Source: Podarcis pityusensis (Eukaryota). Taken from it: a stretch of DNA of 64,000 nt. The translations under genes were made by a program, and so were the position numbers. A model generated the notes under the pieces. The model was not told the origin of the DNA. It saw only the letters and a program-made list of their open reading frames with translations, and searched no databases. The stretch lies in NCBI GenBank assembly GCA_964106645.2, contig OZ067039.1; one strand, written 5' to 3'. This document shows positions 22,807 to 34,980 of the stretch, in pieces (position 1 is the stretch's first letter; the number at the start of each line of letters is the position of its first letter).

Positions 22807-22896
22807 CGGTGGACCAGACAAGCCCATTTCTCCTGTCTCTCCTCTCTCCCCCGCTATTCCGGGGTTTCCTTGGTCTCCTTTCAATCCTTTCGGACC
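22807..22896 (-). CDS. COL23A1: COL23A1 exon, 90 nt, GPKGLKGDQGNPGIAGERGETGEMGLSGPP
   Basis: ttgtag|...|gtatgt. Confidence 0.92.
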
Positions 22897-24079
22897 CTAC
22901 AATGTAAAGGAACAGCATGTTTCCCCCCCTCATCACCAGATAGATTCAGAGTTATGAACACACACATTCTGCACATGCCCACCCAAAGTAGCCCTCCATA
23001 TTCAGTAGTCTGCGAACTCTGAAAAGGGGTTGGCGGACTTGGCAAGGGAAAATCAGGTCAGTATTATACACATATACTGACAGGCACTTTCCTTTAACAA
23101 GTTTCTATAAGCTAAAATTAATAATTTCCTAATACAGCCTGCTAGAAAACATCTGTCAGCCCACAAAACATATGTAAATGGTAGGTGCCGAATGGAAGCA
23201 CCAGAAAGCTCTTTTATTAAAAGAACTGATACTCACTGCAGACAAGTGGACAACAGAGTCCCTTACTGTTACTTTGAAATGTAATTGCTCAAGTAACAAC
23301 CTACATCTATCACCCCAGTCCCCTAACAAATACCCTTTTCCATTATGTGTGCAGATGCAGCCATAGAAAGAATGCTGGGAACACAGAGGGTGGTATTTTA
23401 CGAGAGCATAACCAATGAAATGAATGGACCTAACTCAGCCATGTTCCAGAATTTCAATGGGTCTCCTCTGAGTAAACCTTAGTTGAACACCACCCATAAA
23501 CACAAATGCAGATTTTTAAACTGAAGGATAGAATTTGAGGGGAGGGAGTTGTTTTGCCAAAAGAAGTCACAGGAACTTTAAGAAGAAAAGAAAAGAAACC
23601 TCAGGCTGCTTGTTACCTATCAGATTGCACATCTTGTCCAGATACTCGCTGAGTTAGTGGGATGTGCAAAAACCTGGGGAGCCAAAATAGAACAGAAAGA
23701 GGAGACAGGCTGGACACAAATCCTGCTAGTGAACAGATGCTGAGAACTACAGCAGCTGATGCCACCCTGACTGAGGGCAAAGTGGCCATTCCAGGCTCCA
23801 GCCAAAAAAGGGCCTACTGATCTCTTTAAAGTGTGGACCATGACTTTCTCAGGGAGCCTCTGTGAGGAGGCTCTATTTAGGAATCTAACCTTGTTTTCCA
23901 AGCCGCTTTATGAATTCCTTCAGGGATCTCCCCACCCCTCAGATTATCAGAGACGCTATACCAGGCACTTACACACTCATTTCCCATAGTGTGAGTATGT
24001 GTGTGTAATGCACCTTGTATACCAAACAACTGTATCTGTGAAAACAGTATTTAGTAATAGATATTGAAAACAGACATAC

Positions 24080-24169
24080 TGGGAGACCACTCATGCCAAC
24101 ATCTCCTTTCTCTCCTTTTTGTCCTATGAGTCCGGAGCTTCCTTGGTCTCCTTTCGAACCTTTAGGACC
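24080..24169 (-). CDS. COL23A1: COL23A1 exon, 90 nt, GPKGSKGDQGSSGLIGQKGEKGDVGMSGLP
   Basis: ttacag|...|gtatgt; paralogue of 22807-22896. Confidence 0.9.
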
Positions 24170-24978
24170 CTGTAATTTAAAGGGGGGGGGTGGAATGTAA
24201 GATAATTGGGTTTTAATTAATAGTATTCATTATTTTCCAGTGTTACTCTGTTACAATATTTTTTATTTTGATTGTGTTAGAGGAATGGCTGACAATCAAA
24301 CACTGATTAAGAAGTGGAATGGAATTTAATAGATCACGTGGATGTGACCACTTCAAAGCACAGGAAACTTCAATAAAGATTCGGACATGCACACACTCAT
24401 CCTGCACACAACAATCTTAAGTATTTATTTTGAATTAGATGTAAATTAAATTACTGACTGCAATAATTTGATCATGTATCGTGGAGGGGTGCTTAATAAA
24501 GACTCGGATGGAAAGATGCAACATAGGATAGTGGCACTGCCTTCCCTCTCTGTGCTCAGGAATGATTGGAGGGTGGAGGAGAGCTTTAGTTGCGGTTGCT
24601 TGAATACTTTATTTGGGAAATGGCAATCAGGTGTGAACCTCACAGAGACCAAATCATATCAAAATTAAAACCATTGCAATTAATATATATATTTACAATT
24701 ATTGTCTCTGTATTCCTCACACACACATACACACACTCAACATGCCATGCAGATTAAAAATTAGTAGATTGTCAAGTAGGTTGTCCATATTCCAAGAATA
24801 TGGAATGGTTGGGAAAACTGCAGGATGAAGAGTTTGCAATTTGCCTATATTTGCTTCTGAAGACTGCATGCATTCCAACCACTTTAGTAACTCTTAAACA
24901 TTTAATAGGTAGCTTCAGCCTATTACAGAACTTTAGTCACACAATTGAATACAAATTTATTAATAATGCCCCCCACAC

Positions 24979-25023
24979 CTTCTCTCCATCAACTCCAGGT
25001 GGGCCAGGCAATCCAAGTTCCCC
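24979..25023 (-). CDS. COL23A1: COL23A1 exon, 45 nt, GELGLPGPPGVDGEK
   Basis: ttccag|...|gtgtgg. Confidence 0.92.
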
Positions 25024-25643
25024 CTGGAACAAAAAAAGGGATAAATCAGAGCAATGACCACATCATGAATCTAACCAATAAAAATCTTTTCCCCCTCCAC
25101 CAAAGAACTATATATTGCAGTACTCAATATTTTAAAGGTGCATGATTGATGTTACATATTTCAAGGGAAGTGTCAAATTTATTTAAGCCGAGACAAAGCC
25201 CTATACCGCTTGTGACCTGGTGACTTTTCAACAAACCTTCCAAACAGAGATTAAACTAGAGGATCTTCAGCCAGCATGTGGGCTATTTGATCATTCAATT
25301 CATGCCCAATGCCATTGGCAACACTGTTTTATCTGGAACCAATAAAATTGTGGCCTAATTTGAATCCAACACTTGTCTCTTGCTTCCTTTGCCATCTGCA
25401 CCATGGTCTCACTATGCCTGGGCCCACAAACAAGTGATTATAGACACTTGTTAAAATTCTTCTCCCTTTGCTAATTTTGAAACTTTGAACACATTACCCA
25501 CCACTCTGACTCCCCCAAAGTTATCCAAGGGGATATGTCATGAACAGAAGATTCACATATAAACCAAGCTTAGTGTTGCCAAGCAGGTACTGAGTACAGT
25601 ACAGAACAAAATACATTTTATGTAAAAGGGAGTAAAACCCAAC

Positions 25644-25697
25644 CTTTGGTCCTGGAGCTCCTTGGGGGCCTGGGGGCCCTTGGGGACCTGGTGGGCC
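25644..25697 (-). CDS. COL23A1: COL23A1 exon, 54 nt, GPPGPQGPPGPQGAPGPK
   Basis: ttccag|...|gttggg. Confidence 0.93.
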
Positions 25698-27260
25698 CTG
25701 GAACAAAAGACAGCAAATTATCTGTTAACTGCTGTTAATACAAACATTCTGAATTAACAGAGATGAAAAACAACTGGCAACAAAATCTATGGTTAGCAGG
25801 TCATTTAGTTTCCAACTTAAGTCCATCTTCCATAATGTAGATAATTTCCCCAAGAGGCTAGGAAGGCGATGATCAGAAACAACAGAGAAAGGTGGGCAGT
25901 GGCTCCATGACCCCCTGCTGCTTTTTCTGCCTGTCTCCAAAGGAGTCTTCAGAATTCTCAACCATCAGAGCACAGCTACAGTTTCCCTGGCAGATGACTA
26001 GAGCAACACCTAGCTAGGACAGAGGACAACTCCCCTTGGGAGTTCTGCCATCTTAATGTAATGATGATGGGAATAGTGAGCCAAATGTAAGCACTCTTAA
26101 ATCCCACTGATTTCAGCATGAAATGTGAAGCATATTTTCAAAATAATGCCTAATGCAATTTTAAAGAAGCAAGCCAGAAACTATGAAACAAAGCAATTAA
26201 ACACATTCATTACTTGATTATCACTGTGTCTGACATCATGCTGCCAATGATTCAACCTAAGGGGTTATGTCATTATTTTGTTAACAGAAATCAAATGTTT
26301 GGTAGAAAATTTCTGAGGACCATGATCAAAAAATCTAAAGCTGAAAAGCCACATGCTAGGCCATTAAAAAAAAAAATCCACACAGGCATCTGGCACATAA
26401 CAATTTTACCGTCAATCTGAGTTTCCCTGCAGCCTGTTATAAAACAGTTAGAATAGTTTTCAAATGTATTAAGAATTAAATATTTATGCTATTCAAATAC
26501 TTTTCCAATTGAAAAGACCATCATCTAAACATTTTTTATTGTTGAGAACATTATTATATAACACCCCCCATTTGATCTGAAAGGACAAACTGAAATTCTA
26601 CCCCAATCAGTCTCCTTGCAGTCATTATGGAAGTTACAACCCACTAAGTAACGAAGAGCTGCTTATTTCATTTGTGAGTCACTTCCACCAGATGTGCCTG
26701 AATTTGCCTACAGCTGTTTCTAGTGGTTTCTAAAAACAGTTTTGATGGTCACCACACTGAACAGCTTAGCTGCTTTTGGCCTATTCAGAAACAACATAGA
26801 TACCACTATAGGCACAAATTATTGCACTAGCCTAGCATGAACTGTATAAAGGATTCCACATTCGACTCTCACTTCCTTCCAGAGCATCCAGACATTGTTG
26901 CCTTGTCATAACATTTCTCTTTCAAGGTCCTTTGCCCTTGATTGTCCCTTGCTTTTGATGACAGATTTGGTGGTGGAGTTGTAGCAAAAAGCTCTGACAA
27001 CGTGGACATTTTGCTATGGCTTCTGTGGACCATGCCCAAATTCCTCAAACTGGCTTGTATGTTGGACATTTGATTCTATTTGAATATCAATCTTGCCATC
27101 ATGTCCTTCTTTGTAGGCTTTCCAAAGGTGGGAAACAGGACACTGAGCCAAATCACCCTTTGGTCTGATGTATCAGGGCTCTTCTTATGTTACTAAAATT
27201 TAGTGCCACTTCATGTTGAAGCAAATTGTATAATTATCACATTATTATCATAAAGGTTAC

Positions 27261-27338
27261 CTTGAGAGCTTCCAAGATTCTACCATCGTAGTCAATTACT
27301 ACTGTATCACCCTGTTCTCCTTTCAGGCCTGGAGGACC
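27261..27338 (-). CDS. COL23A1: COL23A1 exon, 78 nt, GPPGLKGEQGDTVVIDYDGRILEALK (NC2)
   Basis: ttgtag|...|gtaacc; diagnostic NC2 peptide. Confidence 0.96.
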
Positions 27339-28446
27339 CTACAAAGAAAAGAAAAGGTAATTGTAAACTTTATGGGAATAGAAATAATTTTCTGCTTTTC
27401 ACATGCTATTAAGAAGTCACAGTAAATTCTAGTTTCATACTTAAATACGGTGCTTTAATTGCTACAGTCTAGATAATAACTGTTCACTGGATGAAAGTGG
27501 AATAAACCACCTATGCTGTGACAGTCCCATTAAGGCCCATTGGGTACTGGAGGTCCTGCTCTTAGAGCCATCATTAGTTAAGATAACCTTGGCAGATGCT
27601 TTTGCAGTAGTAGCAACACAACTACGGAATTCCTCCACCAGGGAAATCCTCCAAGCACACTCTCAATGTCATGAGCTATGAAAATATTTTTGTTCCTCTA
27701 TGCTTTGGCACAACAATCCTATGCTTGTCTACTCAGAAGTAAATAAGAAGTCAGATTCCAAAGGAGCTTATTCAAAGGGAAGCAGCTATAGGGCTGCAGC
27801 CAAACAGTGCAAATCTCTATGTATGTCTACTCAGTAGTAAATCCCCTTTGAGTTCAATGATGGAACCACCCAGTTAAGCGTGTCTAGGGCTGCAGTCTAA
27901 ATCTTACTGTCTCTTCACACATCTTGCACCCACCTCCATTTCTGTTGGACCTTTTCTCTTAAGCCCCCAGCGCCCCCCCCCCCGGCTCCAGCCTCGCAGG
28001 TGGAGCCAAACACCATAAATAACTGCCCCCTCCTCCTGGATCAATCTCCTGCCCTCTTCTTTCTGCAACACAATCATCAGAGAGCTGCCAGTCCCTGACA
28101 ATGATTCATGACATAGGTCCTGGTGCAAAATGATTCGAATGCACTTCAATATGGAATGCAGAGATGTCATAGCACATGGAACCTCCCTTTGAGGTTTTCA
28201 ATGGCCTATAAAAGTCAAAACTAGTACCCAACCCATTTTATAAGTCCACACACAAATGTCAAAGACTGAAATTCAAGGAAACCATTTTCTACTCCAGAAT
28301 ATTTATACTGATTGTATTGTTGACAACGGGGAAAATCCCTAGCTTTTGCATAGTTAATTTATCTTCCACAAATCTCACAGTGTATGTTTATTTCAGCTTG
28401 AGTGTTTTTTTTAGCAAGCTAAGGAAAGAACAAAAGTAATTCATAC

Positions 28447-28491
28447 CCTTGGTCCAATGTGTCCATCTGCTCCTCTTTCACCAGGTTCACC
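28447..28491 (-). CDS. COL23A1: COL23A1 exon, 45 nt, GEPGERGADGHIGPR
   Basis: tttcag|...|gtatga. Confidence 0.92.
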
Positions 28492-29648
28492 CTGAAAATA
28501 AATGTTTGTTACTCTAAAATATTGATTCAGAGACAAGATACGTCACATATCTATGTGTCTTGAGGAGCACAGCATAAGCAATAGCAGGCTTAAAAGACCT
28601 TCACACAATCCAGCTGCAAAACAAATCAGCCAAATCAGATACAAGATAATAAAACCGCCCTGCAGGTTTTAGTGTAACAATATGCACACCACACTGCTGC
28701 AAAACCAACTAACTTTTGAACAAGAAATTAGCCTGGCATATAAACTTAATCATGTCACGATTATACTTTTGCTTTCACATATTGTATTTTGTGCTTGCAT
28801 TGTTTACACTGTCAAATATTTCTTTTTGTAATCTCTGTAGTTTATGAAAAATTAACATGGCAAGTAGCAAAAAGACACTCTAGCACGTCAAATCTTTATA
28901 AATTAAGATAGTTGCCACATTTACTGTAGGTATTCTGAAACACTACGCTCTTCAGTTTTCCAGCATAAAAAGAGCTATAACCTAATAAAGAGGAAGATAA
29001 GTTTGATGCAGACTTCATGAAATACAGATTAGCTCTAAAGGATTAGCAACCTGTCTAAATGGACGTAGCATAAACAAATGTTTCCCTTTCTTCAAGAAGA
29101 AGACTCATGAAAAATTACATAATCAGTTCTAAAATATTTTATCTTGGAATGACCAAAGAGGCAATTAAAAGAACACTCTTTTCCCATCTTCCTAACTGAC
29201 TGAACAGAGAAGCATACCAATGAACGTTGCACTGGTTCAAGCCATACATTTTTGTCCCCTCTCTGCTGGCTTGCTCCACTTCCTCCTTCAGTGGGGAAAA
29301 GCTATTAAGTTCAGCTGGGTGGGTGCTTCAGAAAGCAAGAAAGGTATCACCATTATGGTCATATGTCAGGGGCATCTAGCTCAATGCAGCTGGCCAGTTT
29401 ACTGTTTTATCATTTCATATCACACCTATCTTCTTTCCTGGAAGACTGAAAAAGTAGGAGGCTTAAATGAGACCTGCTGTTCCTACAGTAATGCAGTTCT
29501 GTGTGCATCATGGCAGGTTTTTAAGAATGCAAATTGTAATTGCTTGGTGGGCAGGATAATTACCAGAGGCAATATGGAGAAGGGAATTTAATTCTGCTGT
29601 GGTCCAGGGAAAACAATCCTCTTCTGTATCTGGTATTTTATTTCAAAG

Positions 29649-29797
29649 GAGCTCAGTTGGTTAGAGCCTGGTGCTGATAACGCCAAGTTTGCAAGTGCGA
29701 TCCCCGTATGGGACAGTTGCATATTCCTGCATTGCAGGGGGTTGGACTAGATGATCCTTAGGGTCCCTTCCAACTCTACAGTTCTAGGATTCTATGA
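29649..29797 (+). mobile_element. tRNA-derived SINE with CR1-type tail (Squam3-like)
   Basis: A box agctcagttggttagagc, B-box-like gtgcgatccc, tail ggtcccttccaactct..attctatga. Confidence 0.8.
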
Positions 29798-30324
29798 ATC
29801 AAATAGGGATTATCAGAGGCAATTTCCTCAGCCCCTCAGCAGAGGAAGAAAGGGTTAGATTCTTTCTCCATATTAGCTCTGACATTACTAATTATCAACA
29901 CCCCCCCCGAAGCAATTTGCATTGCAAAAAACTTGCAGGTTAAATGCAAATACACTTTTAACTCAAGTCTAGACTGGGCATCCTTCTTAAATGGAGATTA
30001 TGATTTATTTATATTTCATCTATAGGTCTTCATTTTGCTTTGAGCCTGACATTCAGAATAGAATAGGGGTCACCACCCCTTTTGGGTTTGTGGGCACAGT
30101 TGCAATCTGAAGAAATTTCAATTTTTTTCCCTCCAAGCCTATTTTTTGGGGGTGGGCAGTGGAAGCAAGAGCACCCCAGCTGTAATCTCCAGAAAGATCC
30201 TCCCCACAAAAATCCCTCTATGTTGGACACTGCATTGGTGACCCATGGATCAGAAAATCTTCAGGTAATAAAGAAACCTGCAGCTCATATGATACAATGC
30301 CCTAGAAGAGGCTGATTACAGATA

Positions 30325-30570
30325 CAGTGTGGTGTAGTGGTTAAGAGCTGTGGACTCGTAATCTGGTGAACCGGGTTCGCGTCCCCACTCCTCCACATGC
30401 AGCTGTTGGGTGACTTTGGGCTAGTTACACTTCTCTGAAGTCTCTCAGCCTCCCTCACTTCACAGAGTGTGCTTGTTGTGGGGGAGGAAGGGAAAAGGAG
30501 ATTGTGAGCTGCTTTGAGACTCCTTAGGGTAGTAATAAAGCGGGATATCAAATCCAAACTCCTCTTCTTC
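30325..30570 (+). mobile_element. tRNA-derived SINE
   Basis: A box tggtgtagtgg, B box ggttcgcgtcc, LINE-like tail ending in a short repeat. Confidence 0.8.
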
Positions 30571-31883
30571 TCTTTTATTTTATTTTTTTTGGAAAAGGAC
30601 TCCCAACTCTTGAAAATATTTCAGTTCTCTATTTTCCTTGGGCTAATGTTATGCTGATCATGCAAAACAAAGATACTTATGCTATTTTACATTCCATCTT
30701 GATTTCATGATACAGTATTTCCAAACTAACCTATTTGCTTCTTCCTGTTACCAGAGCAAATAAACATGCCATCTATGAAATAATGTCGTTTGCTGTAGGG
30801 ACTTATAAAATTTGTACACTCTGTTGTCATTTCCTGTACTGGTAATCAAATTATTGAATTACCATGCATTAAATTAATTAGCAGATTCGTGTTTGTGTGT
30901 GTTTTTTACTCTGCATGTCTTTATGTTAGAATGATTCTACATTTTATTTCATAAAAAATTAATGCAGTATTGTTTTTTATCCTGTATTAGCAGAGAAAAT
31001 GAACGTTCTATCTTAATTTGCCTTAATTTGGCAGTTTTTGTTCTAATTTAATGGTGCCTGGTGTGGAGGACAGAGCTCCATAAGTGCAGGATAAAACATT
31101 CAAAGAGCCAGGGTTTGAGGTCACTAGGTATGGGAAGTTGGATGTGCAGCACCAGAAGCCCTGCTAGCACACTAGCAATTTCTGATAGCTATGTGCCAAT
31201 AGCAGCCAAAGCTCATTCCATCGCCATCCTCCCATGTGGAAATCCAAGTGCATACAGCTCTTTAAACCACACTAGGTGCCCTGCTTTTCAGCATTCGCCA
31301 TCACATAGACAAAAGGGCTCAAGCTGTCTCACCAATTCAACATGAAACGGAATTTCATGTGAACCTGGACCTCACCATTTCACAGTAAGCATGCAAATAC
31401 CCTGCTCTGCACCATTCATGTCTTGTGCGTGAAACATACATCGAGAATCATATGGAAAGGAAGAGGCTTGGGAGGGGAAGGAGTTACATAAGAAAAGAAG
31501 CAGTTGGAGAGCAGATTAAGCAGGACCCTCCCAACACCTCTCTGATCCAAAATGGTCATCATCCTGAAACAAAAATGACCACCTGTGTTTTGATGCATAC
31601 ATTTGATTACCATGGTTCATTTTGCTCTCTGTTACCAAGCAGGGTTAATACTAGTCTTGGGCTATGATCCAAGGGAAGTCTTCTACATGTGGACTTTTTC
31701 AGCTACAAAAAGTTTTCTTCAAACATCTGATAAGCTGCTCCTGAATGTTGGAGAGCATGGCAGTGAAACATCCCATTAGATGTGAGGGGATGCTGCTGTA
31801 AATGCAAGTTGCAATTTCATTGCGAATGAAGCATTTTGCATGTTCATATCCAGACCTTACTATCCTTCCCATTTGATACTTAC

Positions 31884-31946
31884 CTTTGGCCCTGGTAGAC
31901 CATTTATTCCATTCACTCCTATTGGGCCAACACTTCCTGGTTCTCC
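31884..31946 (-). CDS. COL23A1: Array exon GEPGSVGPIGVNGINGLPGPK
   Basis: 63 nt, AG/GT, open. Confidence 0.8.
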
Positions 31947-32037
31947 CTGTAATGTTTGAAGGAGGTGCAATGGAAAACTCTCAGTTTCTAAGCAGGCCAG
32001 GTGCTAGTCTCACTATCCTTTCCAATGTGATACTTAC

Positions 32038-32100
32038 CTTTGGCCCTGGAAGGCCATCTGTGCCTTTCTCTCCTGTTGGGCCAACACTTCCTGGGTCTCC
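32038..32100 (-). CDS. COL23A1: Array exon GDPGSVGPTGEKGTDGLPGPK
   Basis: 63 nt, AG/GT, open. Confidence 0.8.
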
Positions 32101-32191
32101 CTGTAAAGTTTGAGAGAGGTGCAATGGAAAACTCTCAATTTCCAAGCAGGCCAGGTGCTAGTCTTACTATTCTTTCCCATGCGCCACTTAC

Positions 32192-32254
32192 CTTTGGCCC
32201 TGGTAGACCATCTGTGCCTTTTTCTCCTGCCGGGCCAGGGCTTCCGGGTTCTCC
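32192..32254 (-). CDS. COL23A1: Array exon GEPGSPGPAGEKGTDGLPGPK
   Basis: 63 nt, AG/GT, open. Confidence 0.8.
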
Positions 32255-32520
32255 CTGAAATGTTTGAAAGAGGTGCAATGGAAAAGTTCCAGGGCTGGAT
32301 CCAGATTCTGCTAGCAGAAGCCCGCACAAGGCATTCTACTCGCACAATTTCCTTCTCTCTCCTCCCCCTGTGCCCTGCCATTTGCTGGAGTGGGTGGGAG
32401 AACCCCCAGATCAGTGGGGAGAGGGTAGGAGAGGGGAGATTGTTTTGTTAAGCAAACAGATATGCTTGCATTGATATGAATGATGCCTAACCTCACTATC
32501 CTTTTCCATATGCTGCTTAC

Positions 32521-32583
32521 CTTTGGCCCTGGTAGCCCATCAATGCATTTGTCTCCTACTGAGCCATTGCCTCCTGGTTCTCC
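32521..32583 (-). CDS. COL23A1: Array exon GEPGGNGSVGDKCIDGLPGPK (Gly>Cys)
   Basis: 63 nt, AG/GT, open; one triplet Gly replaced. Confidence 0.7.
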
Positions 32584-32672
32584 CTGTAATATTTGAAGGA
32601 GGTGCAATGGAAAACGCAGTTTCTAATCAGGGCATGCGCTAATCTTACTATCCTTTCCCATGCGTTGCTTAC

Positions 32673-32735
32673 CTTTGGCCCTGGTAGACCATCTATGCCT
32701 TTCTCTCCTATTGGACCAGGGCTTCCTGGTTCACC
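32673..32735 (-). CDS. COL23A1: Array exon GEPGSPGPIGEKGIDGLPGPK
   Basis: 63 nt, AG/GT, open. Confidence 0.8.
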
Positions 32736-33227
32736 CTGCAATGTTTGAAAGAGGTGAAATGGAAAAGTCTCAATTTTTAAGCAGGGCAATAAGACCCAGT
32801 ACAAGCAGCTGGACATCTGGGAGGCTGGGTAAGAAGAGTCACCACCACTGCCCTCCTCAGCACTGCCCTCTGTTTCTGTCAGCCTCCTCTGGAGGACAGA
32901 TGAGGAAGCCAGATGTGAACCATCTAGTTAAAAGACCATTCTTCTGCTGTACTGTATTTATTGTCCGTTAACTTTCATTTTGCTCTATACTTAGGCGTTA
33001 GGTCTAGATTATATTTTTGTAATATTGAAGACAGTATATTCTACGTTTCTTGCTGAATTGTTGTTGTCTTTACAAAACTGCTTTCTCCCCAATCAATGTT
33101 TTGCAGTTTAATAGGAAAAAGGGAATTTGTTGTAAGCTGCTTTAGGAACAGCTCACTGTGCAAATGTGCCATATACATAAACTTAAATGAACTAAACACC
33201 CTTCAATCTTTCCCGTGCTCTGCTTAC

Positions 33228-33290
33228 CTTCGGCCCTGCTAGACCATCTAAGCCTTTCTCTCCCATTGGGCCAATGCTTCCGGGTTCTCC
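33228..33290 (-). CDS. COL23A1: Array exon GEPGSIGPMGEKGLDGLAGPK
   Basis: 63 nt, AG/GT, open. Confidence 0.8.
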
Positions 33291-33381
33291 CTATAATGTT
33301 CGAAAGAGATGCAGTGGAAAACTCTCAGTTGGTAAGCAGGGCATATGCTAATCTTAGCATTCTTCTCCATGCACTGCTTAC

Positions 33382-33444
33382 CTTAGGCCCTGGTAGCCCA
33401 TCTATGCCTCTCTCTCCCACTGAGCCAGCGCTTCCTCGTTTTCC
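33382..33444 (-). CDS. COL23A1: Array exon GKRGSAGSVGERGIDGLPGPK
   Basis: 63 nt, AG/GT, open. Confidence 0.8.
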
Positions 33445-33531
33445 CTGTGGTGTTTAAGGAAGGGCAATGGAACTCTCAGTTTCTGAGCAGGTATCATCAA
33501 GTCTTAGTATATTTTCTGATGTGCTGCTTAC

Positions 33532-33594
33532 CCTTGCTCCTGGTTGCCCTTTTATGCCTTTTTCCCCAGTCTGACCAATGCTTCCTGGATTTCC
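33532..33594 (-). CDS. COL23A1: Array exon GNPGSIGQTGEKGIKGQPGAR
   Basis: 63 nt, AG/GT, open; strongly diverged yet all Gly kept. Confidence 0.8.
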
Positions 33595-33686
33595 CTGTAG
33601 TGTTTGAAAGAGGTGCAATGGAAGACTTTAAGTTTTCAAGCAGGGCATGTGCTAAATCTTAGCCGTCATTCCCATGCACTGCTTAC

Positions 33687-33749
33687 CTTTGGCCCTGGTA
33701 GCCCATCCATGCCTCTCTCCCCTGTTGGGCCAATGCTTCCCCGGTTTCC
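33687..33749 (-). CDS. COL23A1: Array exon GNRGSIGPTGERGMDGLPGPK
   Basis: 63 nt, AG/GT, open. Confidence 0.8.
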
Positions 33750-33842
33750 CTGTCAATTTTGAAAGAGGGAGAATGGAAAAACTTGGTTTCTTAGCAGGCT
33801 ATGTGCTTAGGATCTTGTTATCCTTTCCCATGTAATACCCAC

Positions 33843-33905
33843 CTTTGGCCCTGGTAGACCACTCATGCCTCTTTTTCCCACAGGGCCAATGTTTCCTGGT
33901 TCTCC
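33843..33905 (-). CDS. COL23A1: Array exon GEPGNIGPVGKRGMSGLPGPK
   Basis: 63 nt, AG/GT, open. Confidence 0.8.
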
Positions 33906-33996
33906 CTGTATTATTTGAAAGAGGTGCAATAGGAAACTCTAAGTATCTAAGCATGGATTGTGCTAATCTTAGCATTCTTTCCCATGCACTGCTTAC

Positions 33997-34059
33997 CTTT
34001 GCCCCTGGTAGACCATCTATGCCTCTCTCCCCTACTGGGCCAGGACTTCCTGGTTCTCC
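33997..34059 (-). CDS. COL23A1: Array exon GEPGSPGPVGERGIDGLPGAK
   Basis: 63 nt, AG/GT, open. Confidence 0.8.
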
Positions 34060-34148
34060 CTATAGTGTTTTAAAAAAGGTGCAATGGAAAACTCTGTTTC
34101 TTAACAAGACATGTGCTAGTCTTTTATCAAGTCCCATGTGCTCCTTAC

Positions 34149-34211
34149 CATTGGCCCTGGTAGACCATCTATGCCTCTCTCCCCTACTGGGCCAGGACTT
34201 CCTGGTTCTCC
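34149..34211 (-). CDS. COL23A1: Array exon GEPGSPGPVGERGIDGLPGPM
   Basis: 63 nt, AG/GT, open. Confidence 0.8.
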
Positions 34212-34302
34212 CTGTAGTGTTTAAAAGAGGTGCAATGGAAAACTCTCAGTTGCTCACCAAGGAAAGTGCTAGCCTTTTTATCCTTTCTCATGCACTGCTT
34301 AC

Positions 34303-34365
34303 CTTTGCCCCTGGTAGACCATCTATGCCTCTCTCCCCTACTGGGCCAGGACTTCCTGGTTCTCC
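34303..34365 (-). CDS. COL23A1: Array exon GEPGSPGPVGERGIDGLPGAK
   Basis: 63 nt, AG/GT, open. Confidence 0.8.
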
Positions 34366-34457
34366 CTGTAGTGTTTTAAAAAGGTGCAATGGAAAACTCT
34401 CAGTTTCTCACCAAGGCAAGCACTAGCTTTTTTTATTCTTTCCCATGCACTGCTTAC

Positions 34458-34520
34458 CTTTGGCCCTGGTAGACCATCTATTCCTTTGTCTCCCATTGGG
34501 CCAACACTTCCTGGTTCTCC
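34458..34520 (-). CDS. COL23A1: Array exon GEPGSVGPMGDKGIDGLPGPK
   Basis: 63 nt, AG/GT, open. Confidence 0.8.
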
Positions 34521-34610
34521 CTGGAGAGTTTATAAGAGGTGCAATGGAAAAATTTCAGTTTCTGAACAGGACATGTGCTAGTCTTTTATCCATTCCCATG
34601 TGTTCCTTAC

Positions 34611-34673
34611 CTTTGGCCCTGGTAGACCATCTATTCCTTTATCTCCCATTGGGCCAACGCTTCCTTGTTTTCC
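34611..34673 (-). CDS. COL23A1: Array exon GKQGSVGPMGDKGIDGLPGPK
   Basis: 63 nt, AG/GT, open. Confidence 0.8.
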
Positions 34674-34763
34674 CTGTAGCATTCAAAAGAAGTGCAAAGA
34701 ACACACTCATTTTCTAAGAAGGGTGTTCATCAGTTTTACTGTACCATTCAAGAAGATGCTTAC

Positions 34764-34826
34764 CTTTGGCCCTGGTAGACCATCTATTCCTTTCTCTCCC
34801 ATTGGGCCAACACTTCCTGGTTCTCC
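34764..34826 (-). CDS. COL23A1: Array exon GEPGSVGPMGEKGIDGLPGPK
   Basis: 63 nt, AG/GT, open. Confidence 0.8.
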
Positions 34827-34917
34827 CTGTAATGTTTGAAAGAGGTGTAGTGGAAAACTCTCAGTTTCTAAGCAGGCCAGGTGCTAGTCTTACTATTCTT
34901 TCCCATGCACCACTTAC

Positions 34918-34980
34918 CTTTGGCCCTGGTAGACCATCTTTGCCTTTGTCTCCCATTGGGCCGGGGCCTCCAGGTTCCCC
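34918..34980 (-). CDS. COL23A1: Array exon GEPGGPGPMGDKGKDGLPGPK
   Basis: 63 nt, AG/GT, open. Confidence 0.8.

Noticed and set aside
29649-29720. tRNA gene
   Set aside because: The tRNA-like head continues into a CR1-type tail, so it is a SINE.
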